64,000 nt of DNA, taken from Candidatus Eiseniibacteriota bacterium. Lineage in GTDB: Bacteria > Eisenbacteria > RBG-16-71-46 > CAIMUX01 > VGJL01. The DNA lies in assembly GCA_963792585.1 (NCBI GenBank), contig CAWBWI010000001.1, forward strand, positions 64,001-128,000. Direction: 5' to 3'. Position 1 is the first letter of the stretch. Every line of letters starts with the position of its first letter. The notes under the pieces were generated by a model, which had not been told where the DNA came from, ran no database searches, and saw only the letters and a program-made list of their open reading frames with translations. Positions 10,868-20,739 of the stretch are shown here, in pieces. Position numbers and translations under genes: made by a program.

Positions 10868-11029
10868 GACCCTCCGCCAACCCGGTTCGGACCCGACATG
10901 AGCGATCGCGACTTATAATATACCGGACGCGCGGGGAAAGGTACCGGCACCCTGTAGGGCGCGGGGTCCGCTCCACCCGACAGCGCCTCGTACTCATGCC
11001 CTAGCTCGCCGACGGACCGCGTTCCGGCA

Positions 11030-11047
11030 TTGTGCAACGATCCACAA
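11030..11047. promoter_or_regulatory. Palindromic operator, Rex-like (TTGTG-N8-CACAA); a CRP/FNR-family site is also possible
   Basis: TTGTGCAACGATCCACAA in the divergent intergenic region. Confidence 0.5.
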
Positions 11048-11194
11048 GATCCGGGACTGGAGTCGCTCCAGCCCCGGTTCTTCAACTTTCTCTGGCAGTT
11101 CCCATGTGCGTATGCATATAATTGCCGTTACCGGTTGTGGAGTGAACTTGCAATTGTGCGAAGCGAACTTGCGTCAAGTTAGAGGGGCAGCTGT

Positions 11195-12364
11195 ATGAAC
11201 CGGTTCGAATTCAATTCGCGCGGGGAGCGCGCCAAGAGGATGCTCGGCATCGCGCTTGGCCGACCGCTCGTGGGTCCGCAGGTCGTCAGTCTCGAGGTCA
11301 CGCATCACTGCAATCTCCGGTGTTCCTTCTGCGAATCCCATGGGAATCTCCAGGCGCTGCCGATCACATCGCGTCGCGCTTATGTCGGCGACCGCCGGAC
11401 CATGGATCTCGTCACCATCCAACGCCTGGCATACGATCTCGCACGCTTGGGCACGAATCTCGTGGAACTCTCCGGCAAGGGAGATCCGATCGCGCACGCG
11501 GAGCTCACGCAGATCGTTCGAATTCTGAAGGACGCCGGACTCGGGTGCGCTCTCGTCACCAACGGAACGCTCGCGAAGCCCGACCTCGCCCCGATGTTGA
11601 TCGATCGTCGCTTGGATCGGTTGAGCGTCTCCTTGAACTCGGGATCGAGGGATGTATACAAGGTAGCGAACGGGCGCGATCTCTGGGACAAGGCAATCGC
11701 CTTCCTGACCGATGTCCTCGACCGGCGTCGCGCCGCGGGCGGCGGCCGTCCATGGATCCGGATCACGCACGTGATCAGCAAAGAGAACGTCAAGGACATC
11801 GACAACATGGTCCGCCTCGCCTGTGACCTGCGCGTCGACGAAGTCGCCTGGTACGTGATGGGGGAACTGGCGGAGACGCATCACCTGCAGCTCGACGCCG
11901 AGGAGGTCGCGCAAGTTCGGGCCGGCATCCCTGCGTGGAGCGACCAGTTCCTGGCCGCCGGTGTTCATCACGACATGGATGTCTTTGGGCGCGAACTGTC
12001 CGTCCGCACCGGCGGCGTCACCGTTCAGCAGAATCCGTTGCAGCGCAGCGTGCCATGCTATGAAGGTTGGATGTTCTGTGTCATCCAGCCCGACGGCGTC
12101 GTCGTCCCTTGCTGCTATTGCGAGGAGGAGAAGCTCGGCAACGTCTTCGACGAGAGCTTCGAGAAGATCTGGACCGACACACTCTACCGGGACTACCGTC
12201 GGCGCTCGCTGGCGATGCCCAAGACGGGGCGATATATCTGCGGGGAATGCTTCACCAGCTGCAACCGGGCGGAGGAGAATCTGCGGATCTACAACCGGAT
12301 CCACCCATTGCAGAAGAAATCGCCCCACGTCCCAGCGGTCGCGACCGAGACACAGAACGCGTAG
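11195..12364 (+). CDS. Radical SAM protein with SPASM/twitch domain
   Basis: CNLRCSFC; LVTNGTL; C-terminal CYEGW...DGVVVPCC...LGNV...FEKIW...CGECFTSC. Confidence 0.9.
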   Translation: MNRFEFNSRGERAKRMLGIALGRPLVGPQVVSLEVTHHCNLRCSFCESHGNLQALPITSRRAYVGDRRTMDLVTIQRLAYDLARLGTNLVELSGKGDPIAHAELTQIVRILKDAGLGCALVTNGTLAKPDLAPMLIDRRLDRLSVSLNSGSRDVYKVANGRDLWDKAIAFLTDVLDRRRAAGGGRPWIRITHVISKENVKDIDNMVRLACDLRVDEVAWYVMGELAETHHLQLDAEEVAQVRAGIPAWSDQFLAAGVHHDMDVFGRELSVRTGGVTVQQNPLQRSVPCYEGWMFCVIQPDGVVVPCCYCEEEKLGNVFDESFEKIWTDTLYRDYRRRSLAMPKTGRYICGECFTSCNRAEENLRIYNRIHPLQKKSPHVPAVATETQNA

Positions 12365-12596
12365 CCGTATCGCGGACCGTTCGCGAGATTCGTGACGCGC
12401 GCGTCGCGCGGATGCACGATCGGAGCCCGTGGGTGCCGATCGATGAAGCGCGGCACCCGGCGGAGCACGGCGATGGCGCGTCCCCTTGGCCGGCATCCAC
12501 GCCCGCAGGCGGATCGCTTGATTCCACACACCCCTGCACGGTAAAATCCACAGCGGCCAAGCCATGCAATCCCAAGCAACTACGCAGGAGGTCGTC

Positions 12597-15050
12597 ATGC
12601 TTCGCGCCGTTCGTCGCTTCCAACTGCCGCTCATCGCCGGAGCCCTGCTCCTCAGCGCGTCGATCGCCCAAGCCGCCTCTCCGACGGATTCGAACACGCA
12701 CATGCGGATCGACGCGCAAGGCGCGCGGGCATTCGGCACGGCGCCCCATGCGAACGTGCCGGTGGGCGAGATGCCGCTGCGCCCCGATCCGCCGCAATCC
12801 AACTGGACGGCGCTGGGCCCCTTCGGGGGAGACGTGCAGGCGGTCGGCGTCTCGCCGACGAACGCGAACCTGATGCTCGGCGGGCTGGCCCCTTCCTATT
12901 TCGGCAATGGGAAGCTCTTCCGCTCGACGAACGCAGGGGCGACCTGGGTCGAGCAGACGGGGATGGGGGGCAAGAGCTTCTACGATCTCGCCTTCACGCC
13001 GACCGGCACGGCGTATCTCGGGACGACGGAATCGATCTGGCGGAGCACGGACAATGGAGTCTCCTGGGTTCACCTGAACCTCGGGATCGGCACCAACGAT
13101 GTCGTTCTCGCAGTCACCGTCGACCCCACGAACGCGAACACCATCTGGGCGGGCGTTTCCGATGCGATGGGCAACCAGACGCAGACCGTGCTCAAGTCGA
13201 CCAATGGCGGGACGAGTTGGGTGAACAAGACGCCCGCGATGTCGGCGATGGCCTGCCAGGGGATCTCCGTCGACCCGGCCAATGCAAACAAGGTCTACGC
13301 CTGCTTTGGCGGCGACTTCGGGGGTGGGGCTGTTTGGGTCTCCACCAACGGCGGCACGAACTGGACGAACCGCTCCGCGGGGCTTCCCGCCAATCCGATG
13401 ACCGACGTCGTGAAGGTCGGCAGCCGCATCTATGTGTGCGGCGGGCTGCTGTTCGGTTCTCAGGAAGTCGGTCTCTACACGTCCACGAACGACGGCGCCA
13501 CCTGGACCGCGCTCCATAGTCCCGCCTGGCCGAGCCGGGTGATTCGCGACATGGAGATCGATCCCGCGAACGCCGCGACGATCCTGGTCGGCAGCGACGG
13601 TCGAGGGGTCTTCAAGTCGACCGACTCGGGAGCGACCTGGAGCTATGGGATCGGCGGGTCCGGCGGCTTCTCCGTGCGGGCGGTCCGCTACGCGCCCGGG
13701 AGCTCGACGCGGATCGTCCTGGGACTGAGTTCCCTGGGCGTCTACCAGAGCACGGATGCCGGTGCGCAGTTCCTCGCGACGTCGGTCGGCATCGGCGCGC
13801 TCAACATATACTCCGTCGCCTCCAATCCGGCCCAGCCGAGCGAGATCGCAATCTGCTTCCAGGGAGACAACGACGGCGGCGTCTACACGTCGCTCGACAA
13901 CGGGCAAGCCTGGACGCTGGAAGGGTGCCCCAGCACACGCTGGAACACGGTGCGGTTCACGGACGACGGGGTGCTGCACGCGATCTCCGACGGCCCGACC
14001 AGCCTGGCGCCGGAAGGGGTCTACCGGCGCGCGCCCGACAGCGGAGTCTGGACGTGCCTCGGCCCCGATCAGGGAACGCTGTTCGAGTCGGAACTCAACG
14101 CGCTCACCTTCAGCCACCTCAATCCGAATCTGATCCTCGCAGGCGGCGCCGACTTCGGTGTGGCCGGCTATGAGGGGACTTGCTGGCTCTCGATGGATGC
14201 CGGCGCCACATGGAAAAAGGCTTACGAAGGCCCCGAGCCGAACGAGATGGTCTACGACATCTGGCTCGTCGAGGATGGCACGGACATGACGGCCGTGGCC
14301 TGCTTCTCGGACTTCGAAGCGGGAACCGGCGGCGCACTGAGATCGACCAACGGAGGCGTGAACTGGGCCAATGCGAGCGTCGGGCTCCCGTCCTCCGCGC
14401 GGGGCATCGATCTGGACGCATTTCCGGCGGACGCGAACACGATCTACTACGCCGACTCGTACTACGCGAACGGGTTCGGCGGTCTCTTCCGCACGACCGA
14501 CGCCGGCCTGACCTGGGCCTCGACGGGATACGGCGGAACGGGCACGGTCGGGGCGGTCGTCTGCGATGCGGAGCATCCAGGATGGGTCTACATCACCCGT
14601 CCGGATCCGGAGAAGGTCCTCATGTCGATCGACAGCGGCGCGACGTTTGCTCCGTTCAACAACGGCCTGGCCTTCGCCGGGTCGACACGCAGTCTGGCGT
14701 ACGCGCACGGACCGGCCCGCCTGCTCCTGGCGACGAGCTCCACTTCGTGCGTGACCGTGCTCCTGGATCCGGCCGCGGTCGGCGATGGATCGCTTCGGGG
14801 GCGTGGGCGGATCGCGGCCTACCCGAACCCTCTCCAGGCGGGCCGGGGTGTGCGCTTCGCTTTTGCGACGGCCGGCGCATCGAAGCTGACGATCCACGAC
14901 GCGGCCGGCCGGCGGGTGCGCACGCTCTCGGTCACGGGATCGACGGTGGAGTGGGACGGACGCGACGACCGCGGCGTGGCGGTGGCGGCCGGAACCTACT
15001 TCGCGCGCACGGGCGCCGGAGAGGCGGTCAAGATCGAACGGTTACGCTAG
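12597..15050 (+). CDS. Secreted BNR/Asp-box beta-propeller protein with FlgD-Ig-like C-terminal domain
   Basis: GGAGG and ATG at 12597; signal peptide; many SxDxGxTW repeats; AYPNP...IHDAAGRRVRTL...WDGRDDRG...GTYF. Confidence 0.85.
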   Translation: MLRAVRRFQLPLIAGALLLSASIAQAASPTDSNTHMRIDAQGARAFGTAPHANVPVGEMPLRPDPPQSNWTALGPFGGDVQAVGVSPTNANLMLGGLAPSYFGNGKLFRSTNAGATWVEQTGMGGKSFYDLAFTPTGTAYLGTTESIWRSTDNGVSWVHLNLGIGTNDVVLAVTVDPTNANTIWAGVSDAMGNQTQTVLKSTNGGTSWVNKTPAMSAMACQGISVDPANANKVYACFGGDFGGGAVWVSTNGGTNWTNRSAGLPANPMTDVVKVGSRIYVCGGLLFGSQEVGLYTSTNDGATWTALHSPAWPSRVIRDMEIDPANAATILVGSDGRGVFKSTDSGATWSYGIGGSGGFSVRAVRYAPGSSTRIVLGLSSLGVYQSTDAGAQFLATSVGIGALNIYSVASNPAQPSEIAICFQGDNDGGVYTSLDNGQAWTLEGCPSTRWNTVRFTDDGVLHAISDGPTSLAPEGVYRRAPDSGVWTCLGPDQGTLFESELNALTFSHLNPNLILAGGADFGVAGYEGTCWLSMDAGATWKKAYEGPEPNEMVYDIWLVEDGTDMTAVACFSDFEAGTGGALRSTNGGVNWANASVGLPSSARGIDLDAFPADANTIYYADSYYANGFGGLFRTTDAGLTWASTGYGGTGTVGAVVCDAEHPGWVYITRPDPEKVLMSIDSGATFAPFNNGLAFAGSTRSLAYAHGPARLLLATSSTSCVTVLLDPAAVGDGSLRGRGRIAAYPNPLQAGRGVRFAFATAGASKLTIHDAAGRRVRTLSVTGSTVEWDGRDDRGVAVAAGTYFARTGAGEAVKIERLR

Positions 15051-15120
15051 CGATGGGACGGGCTTGTGAAACGCGGGGGCGGCGGACATTTGCCGCCCCA
15101 ACGTCTTTGGGCGGGTCCCG

Positions 15121-15299
15121 CTACTCGATCTTCCCGCGCAGGAGACGGAAGGACCACACCGTCATTGCTGCGGTGGCGATTGCGATCAGATGAACGATGG
15201 GTCATCCGTCGGGTGCATGCCCTCGGCCACGAGGCGAAAGACATGCACGAGCGTCAACGCCGCGAAGAGCGCTCCCGTCGTCGCGACATAGGTCTTCAT
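15121..15299 (-). pseudogene. Small two-TM membrane protein (~59 aa) with a single-base frameshift near 15187
   Basis: SD AAGGAG; MKTYVATTGALFAALTLVHVFRLV...DPSFI; adding one C gives LIAIATAAMTVWSFRLLRGKIE* ending at TAG 15121. Confidence 0.6.
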
Positions 15300-15363
15300 G
15301 CGCGCTTCTCCTTTACCAGCGGCCTCGGCTTCCGTGCTGCGATCCAGGAGCGGCTGGTCGATG

Positions 15364-16200
15364 TCATCCCTGATAGGTCGCGAAGACGCGGTCCAGTTCC
15401 GCGAAGGGAGTGGCTCCTTCCAACCCTTCGAAGCTGCCTCTTTCGGCGATCGCCGTGGCGGCGCGGATGAAGCCACCCCATGCCGCCCGGGCCAGAGCCG
15501 AGCCGACGCTGATCCGGCGCACGCCCAGCTCCGCCAGATCCGCGACGGTGAGGCCGACATCGGCTCTCACGAGGGCATTGACCGGTTTCGGCGCCACGGC
15601 CCGCACGATCGCGCCAAGCTCCTCGCGCGTCCGTGGCCCCGGCGCGTAGAGGACGTCGGCGCCGGCCTCGGCGTATGCGCTCAGTCGTGCAAGCGCGTCC
15701 TTGAGGGGTTCCGGGTGGCCGACCAGGTAGCTTTCGGCCCGCGCGGTCAGGAGCACCTGCGCGCCCCTGGCATCGATCGCCCGTCGTGCGGCCTGGATGC
15801 GTTGCACAGCGAACGGCAGGTCGTAGAGAGGTTGCGTCTCGTCTCCGGTCGCGTCCTCGATCGATAGCCCCGCGACGCCGGTCTCGACGCACAGCCCGAC
15901 ATTCGCCGCTACCTCCTCCGGCTCGTGCGCGTATCCCGACTGGAAGTCCGCGTTGACCGGCAGATCGGTCGCGCCGACGATCTCGGCGACGTGTGCGAGC
16001 ACGTCATCGCGCGAGGATCCCCACACGGTATCCGCCTGACCGCGGGAGAACTGGAAGCCCGCGCTCGTCGTGGCCAGGGCGTGAAATCCCAGATGGTGAA
16101 GAAAGCGGGCCGTGCCCACATCCCACGGATTCGGGATGACGAAACAGCCGGATTCATGCAGTTTGGCGAACGATGCGCGACGGTGATCGAAATTGGTCAT
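15364..16200 (-). CDS. Isocitrate lyase/PEP mutase family protein
   Basis: PNPWDVGTA; LATTSAG; LPVNADFQSGY; GLSIED; LTARAE; AGADVLYAPG; RRISVGS. Confidence 0.9.
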   Translation of the reverse strand: MTNFDHRRASFAKLHESGCFVIPNPWDVGTARFLHHLGFHALATTSAGFQFSRGQADTVWGSSRDDVLAHVAEIVGATDLPVNADFQSGYAHEPEEVAANVGLCVETGVAGLSIEDATGDETQPLYDLPFAVQRIQAARRAIDARGAQVLLTARAESYLVGHPEPLKDALARLSAYAEAGADVLYAPGPRTREELGAIVRAVAPKPVNALVRADVGLTVADLAELGVRRISVGSALARAAWGGFIRAATAIAERGSFEGLEGATPFAELDRVFATYQG

Positions 16201-16239
16201 AGAGTCCTTCTTTGTCGCGGCCCGGCCCAGTCCGTTCGG

Positions 16240-16695
16240 TTACGTGCCCGCGAGGACGGCCATGAGCCGGTCCAGATTCTGTTCGTTCGCGGGCTCGACG
16301 ATGTGCCTCAGGCGGGCGGCAGTCGCGCCGTCCTCGAACTCCTGTGCCCAGGTGATCGCGGTCCCATCTTCATGTGGAGCCAGCGTGACCGTGAGCACGA
16401 AGCGCGGCTGCGACACGTGCTGGATGACGAGTTTGAATGGATCGTGTAGCTCGAGAAAGACACTCTCGTTCGGATGGTTGGAGCCGTCAGGCGCATGCAT
16501 CACGAAGTTCCAACTGCCTCCGGGCCTGAATTCGAAAACTTCGATGGTGTTGGTGAATCCGTCTGGGCCCCACCAACGCGACAGAAGTTCCGGCCGAGCG
16601 AATGCCTCAAAGACCGGCCGTGGTTGATGGGGGAGCACTCGAAAGCTGCGAAGGGTTGCGCCATCAGGATCCCCTGACGTCTGCGAAGTAGCCAT
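16240..16695 (-). CDS. SRPBCC/AHSA1 domain protein
   Basis: VFEAF..PELLSRWWGPDGFTNT...FRPGGSWNFVMHAPDG...ANEQNLDRL. Confidence 0.85.
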   Translation of the reverse strand: MATSQTSGDPDGATLRSFRVLPHQPRPVFEAFARPELLSRWWGPDGFTNTIEVFEFRPGGSWNFVMHAPDGSNHPNESVFLELHDPFKLVIQHVSQPRFVLTVTLAPHEDGTAITWAQEFEDGATAARLRHIVEPANEQNLDRLMAVLAGT

Positions 16696-16739
16696 TTCTA
16701 TCTCCGTCCGCTCCCTCGGCAGGGCTGATGGTTGTGACT

Positions 16740-16810
16740 GTCTGCGCTCCGCTTCACGCGCCGATCGCGAGCACCGCGAGCGGGCGGTCGGGTAGAGGCG
16801 GTTGTCAGAT
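16740..16810 (-). mobile_element. Degenerate integron attC-like site
   Basis: Minus strand ATCTGAC-AACCGCCTCTACCCGAC...GCGCGTGAAGCGGAGC-GCAGAC resembles an attC with both R boxes mutated; it lies between two co-oriented small genes. Confidence 0.4.
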
Positions 16811-16840
16811 CATATCGTGTCATTGACGAAATCGGCCGCG

Positions 16841-17252
16841 TTAGAAGAACCCGCGGAGGAATGCCGCCGCTTCGTCTGAGATGCCGACGATCTTGTTCGT
16901 TGCCTGACGATAGAATTTGAAGTTGAGTTCGGTCTCGGGTCGACCGTCGTTCCAGTCGGAAAAGAGTCTTGAGATCGCTCCGCCCCAGGCGCCGCTTCGC
17001 AAGCCCGGTGCGTCTGATGGTGATGCTCACCCGCGGCGTCTGCCGGGCGATCCCGCGTCTTCTTGCGATCGCTTTGGCCGAGGTGACGACGCCGCTTGCG
17101 ATGAGACCCGGCCCGCCTTCGTTCTCGCTCGCGAAGATGAAGATCGTATCGCCTTCGGCGATGTGCTTGCCACCATACATGGTCTTCTGCGCGGTGAACG
17201 CGAACGTCTTCGCCCTCGGATCGCTAACCTCGACTTTGATGGCGAACATCAT
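16841..17252 (-). pseudogene. Conserved hypothetical protein (EVE/PUA-like), one extra base near 16967
   Basis: SD GAGGAG; QKTMYGGKHIAEGDTIFIFASENEGG; removing one base continues as LFSDWNDGRPETELNFKFYRQATNKIVGISDEAAAFLRGFF*. Confidence 0.65.
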
Positions 17253-17298
17253 GCTCCTCGTCTTGCTCCATCGATTCCATGGCCGTCCGTGAGGAAAG

Positions 17299-17358
17299 GC
17301 CCAACGCTCAGCATCAGTGGCGGCGCGAAACGCCGGCCGCTGCATGCTGCGGTTCGAC
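17299..17358 (-). mobile_element. Integron attC site (60 bp)
   Basis: Minus strand: R'' GTCGAAC, 5-nt spacer, L'' CATGCAGC (extrahelical G), central stem CGGCG/CGCCG, L' ACTGATG, 6-nt spacer, R' GTTGGGC (GTTRRRY). Confidence 0.75.
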
Positions 17359-17516
17359 GGCGCCTTCGACGTTAGGCGTCCTTCATACTCTCGCGACGGA
17401 CGGTGGCGGAAACGGGATGCTGAACCATGTGCCAGGCTTGTTCCTGAAAGCCGCGTCGGCCTGACGGTTCGGCCGGTCAGCCGCGGGATCTCCCGGTCGT
17501 TCGGCTGGAGACCGTG

Positions 17517-18630
17517 TCAGTGGATCCGGTCGAACGACGCTCCGTTGAACTTGAACACGCCGTTCCCTGCCAACCACAGGTCGCCATGGCGATCCGTGTA
17601 GATGCCCATGATGTCCTTGCTCGTCAGCCCGTCTTCGGCCGAGAAGTTCCTCAATGACTTGCCGTCGTATCGCCAGGCACCATGCTCGACGGTGCCGAAC
17701 CAGATGTTCCCGGCACGGTCTTCTCCGATCGAGAACACCCGATGCAGCGAGGGGGAACCATCCGTCACGTCCCCAGGCTGAGGCGTCGCTCTCCCGCCGT
17801 GCGGCCCCAACTTGCCAAGCCCCTTCTCCTGCGTGAATTGGGTGGCGGTGTGTCCATCATGCAGGATGACTCCGATCCCATTGTTTCCGATCCAGAGGTT
17901 CCCCTTGCTGTCCTCGAGGACGCAACGGACGTGAAGCCGACCGGTGCTCTCGTTGAGGCCCAGGCTCTTGTCGTCGATGATGGTGAAGGACTTGCCGTCG
18001 TATCCGATCACCGCGGTGTACGTTGCGAACCAGAGCCTCCCGCTCTTTCCCCTTGGCAATGCCCGTGGTCGCGTAAGCACTGACCCCGGCACGATCCGCG
18101 GGGAGAGGGTATGCCAGGTAGGTGAAGGTCTTTCCGTCGTACCGATACACACCCGGCTGCGCTTCGATCTCGGTCGCCCCGACTCCCCCATCCTCCTTGA
18201 ACCACAGGTCTCCCGTCCCCAGCTGCCACTCGTCCTTCGATGTGTAGTTCCTGCTGGTGGGGGTGATGATCTTCTCCCCGTCGAAGCCGCTGATCCCGAA
18301 GCCTCCCTCGAACCAAACAACTCCGTTTCGATCCTCATGGATCGACCTGATCTGGTTGTCGCTCAGGCCGTCTTCCATGGTGAAATAGGTGAGACTCTCG
18401 CCGTCGAAGCGGCAGACACCCTCGTTCCAACTTCCGAACCAGTAGTTGCCCTTGCTGTCCTCGAGGATGGAGCGCACGGTCTCGAACCGGAGCAGTGCAG
18501 GCGCATCGATGGCGCTGTCGTTCAGCTCCGATTTCGTCACGTCCGGCTTCGTCGTGCAGGAGGTTGCGCCGACAAGGGCAAGCATGACGAGTGCTGCCAG
18601 AGCACCACGCACCTGACCGCGCGAGATCAT
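17517..18630 (-). CDS. Lipoprotein with two-component-regulator-propeller repeats; frameshift in an A-run near 18047
   Basis: Lipobox ATSC; repeated EDSKGNxWxG and DGLSDNQIRSI motifs; removing one A joins GIAKGK to SGRLWF. Confidence 0.75.
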
Positions 18631-18788
18631 CAACTGCCCAACGTCAACAAGAGACCGGTTCGCACTGACTCAGACATGTCGAGAGATATCCTTGTCCGCC
18701 CAACGCGCGTTATCCCGAACGATCTATCTGAGGACTCCTGGCGCCGTCGTTGGCCGTGTGAAGGACGCGGATCGCTCGGCCGTCGACC

Positions 18789-19367
18789 TCAAGAGAATCT
18801 CCTCTCGCGAGACGAGGACCTCACGATTCCCGCCATGGCGAGGCCCGCGAGGAACCAGCCGATCACCTGGTCGGCTCCTTCGGCGAGGATGAAGCTCCCA
18901 GGATACCCGTACCAATTCCAGTACGAGGTGCTGATCGCGAACCACGAGAAGAGGCCCAGCAGCATCACCGTGAGCGTGCGGCGCATGCGGCCCGGCCCGA
19001 TCTGGACGAGCACGAGCGCGGCGATCAGGGCGGCGATCGCGGTGGTCAGAAACTCGGTGATCAACTGCTTGGGTGACATCGCCGCCGTGCCGTTGGGGTG
19101 GTAGATGAGCAGGCCGTAGGGCCCTGAGCGGAGCTTCGCCTCCCATGCCTGCTGCTCTTCCTTGGACGGCTTGGACTTCATGTCCATGCCTGGGAAGAAA
19201 TAGAGACCGGACTGGTGGATCGTCTCCTTCATCGGCGCCAGGACCGCATCTTCCTGGGGGAGCTGCCCGATCCCGGCCTCGCCGAGCGGCAGGACGGTGT
19301 GGGCGAGCGCGCTCCACGCGAAGGCGATGAGGCCGCCCAGCAGCGCGGCCAGCAGGACTCTCTTCAT
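18789..19367 (-). CDS. Hypothetical integral membrane protein
   Basis: SD GAGGAGG; about four hydrophobic helices; GLYFFPG; SYWNWYGYP. Confidence 0.8.
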   Translation of the reverse strand: MKRVLLAALLGGLIAFAWSALAHTVLPLGEAGIGQLPQEDAVLAPMKETIHQSGLYFFPGMDMKSKPSKEEQQAWEAKLRSGPYGLLIYHPNGTAAMSPKQLITEFLTTAIAALIAALVLVQIGPGRMRRTLTVMLLGLFSWFAISTSYWNWYGYPGSFILAEGADQVIGWFLAGLAMAGIVRSSSRERRFS

Positions 19368-19548
19368 GATCCCTCCTCGGGCGGGTGCGCCGGGGGACGG
19401 CAGCCCGCGGTTGGGTGACCGAAAATCCTAGCCGCGGCCGGCGGGGGCAAGCAATCGACTTCGGTGGGTCGGCGCAGATTCGAGACCTCGCCCGCGCCGT
19501 CAACTTCGGTCTGTCCGGCGCTCTGGGGGGCGGGCTATCCTGCCCACG

Positions 19549-20739
19549 ATGAACGATCAGACTTTCTCGTCGCGGACACGGTGGGACCGCGGCCTGAATC
19601 CCCTCGCGGAGCGGCTCTCGGCGCGCCGTGCCTCAGGAGAGCCGGTTCTCGACCTGACCGAGTCGAATCCCACCCGCGCCGGCTTTGCGTATCCCGAACA
19701 GGATATCCTGGGTGCCATTTCAGGCGACGGGGCGCTCCGCTATGCCCCGGACCCCCGCGGCCTGCGGAGCGCCCGCGAGGCCGTGGCGGGTTGGTATGGG
19801 CGCCGGGGAAGAACGGTCGATCCCGACCATGTCGTCCTCTGCGCAAGCACAAGCGAGGCTTACGGGTGGCTGCTCAAGGTCTTGTGCGAGAACGGGGACG
19901 AGATCCTATGTCCCGCGCCGAGCTACCCGCTCTTCGACTTCCTCGCGAAGGCCGAGGATGTGCGGCTTTGCAGCTACCCGCTCGAATACGACGGCCGGTG
20001 GTCGCTGCATATCGAGGACCTCGCCACGCGGTGCACGCCGCATACGCGGGGCGTCATCATCGTCCAGCCGAACAACCCGACCGGATCGTACCTATCGCCT
20101 GTGGAGATCGAGCGGCTTAGCGCCTTCTGCGTGGATCGAGGATTGGTGGTGATCTCCGATGAGGTCTTCGCGGACTACGCCTTCGAGAACGTCCCCGGCG
20201 CGATGCCCAGCGCGCTCGACCTCGCCGGGCCCCTGACCTTCACGCTCGGGGGGCTGTCGAAGGCGGTCGGTCTGCCCCAGATGAAGCTCTCCTGGATCAT
20301 CGTGGGTGGGCCGCCTGGACTGCGCGAGGAGGCGCTCGCGAGACTCGAGATCTTGGGGGACACCTATCTGTCGGTCAACACTCCCGTCCAGGTCGGCCTC
20401 GAGAGGATCCTCGCGGTGGGGGAGTCGGTCGGCCGGCAGATCAAGGAACGCGTCGCGGGCAACCGCGCGCTTCTGCGCCTGGCGCGCGGCGCGGATGCGC
20501 CATGGGACATCCTCACCGCCGACGGCGGGTGGTACGCCGTCCTGAGCGTCCCGCGCGTGATGAGCGACGAGCGGTGGGCGCTCGCGCTGCTCGAGCGCGA
20601 CGGCGTCTACGTCCACCCGGGGCACTACTTCGACTTTGCGGCGGATGGGTATCTCGTGGTGAGCCTGCTCTGCGAGCGGGGTGCGTTCGTCGAAGGGGTG
20701 AGGAGGATCGTGGCGCGGATCGAGGCTGAACTCCGATGA
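19549..20739 (+). CDS. PLP-dependent aminotransferase class I/II
   Basis: DLTESNPT; PSYPLF; PNNPTG; ISDEVF; GLSKAVGLPQMKLSW. Confidence 0.9.
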   Translation: MNDQTFSSRTRWDRGLNPLAERLSARRASGEPVLDLTESNPTRAGFAYPEQDILGAISGDGALRYAPDPRGLRSAREAVAGWYGRRGRTVDPDHVVLCASTSEAYGWLLKVLCENGDEILCPAPSYPLFDFLAKAEDVRLCSYPLEYDGRWSLHIEDLATRCTPHTRGVIIVQPNNPTGSYLSPVEIERLSAFCVDRGLVVISDEVFADYAFENVPGAMPSALDLAGPLTFTLGGLSKAVGLPQMKLSWIIVGGPPGLREEALARLEILGDTYLSVNTPVQVGLERILAVGESVGRQIKERVAGNRALLRLARGADAPWDILTADGGWYAVLSVPRVMSDERWALALLERDGVYVHPGHYFDFAADGYLVVSLLCERGAFVEGVRRIVARIEAELR

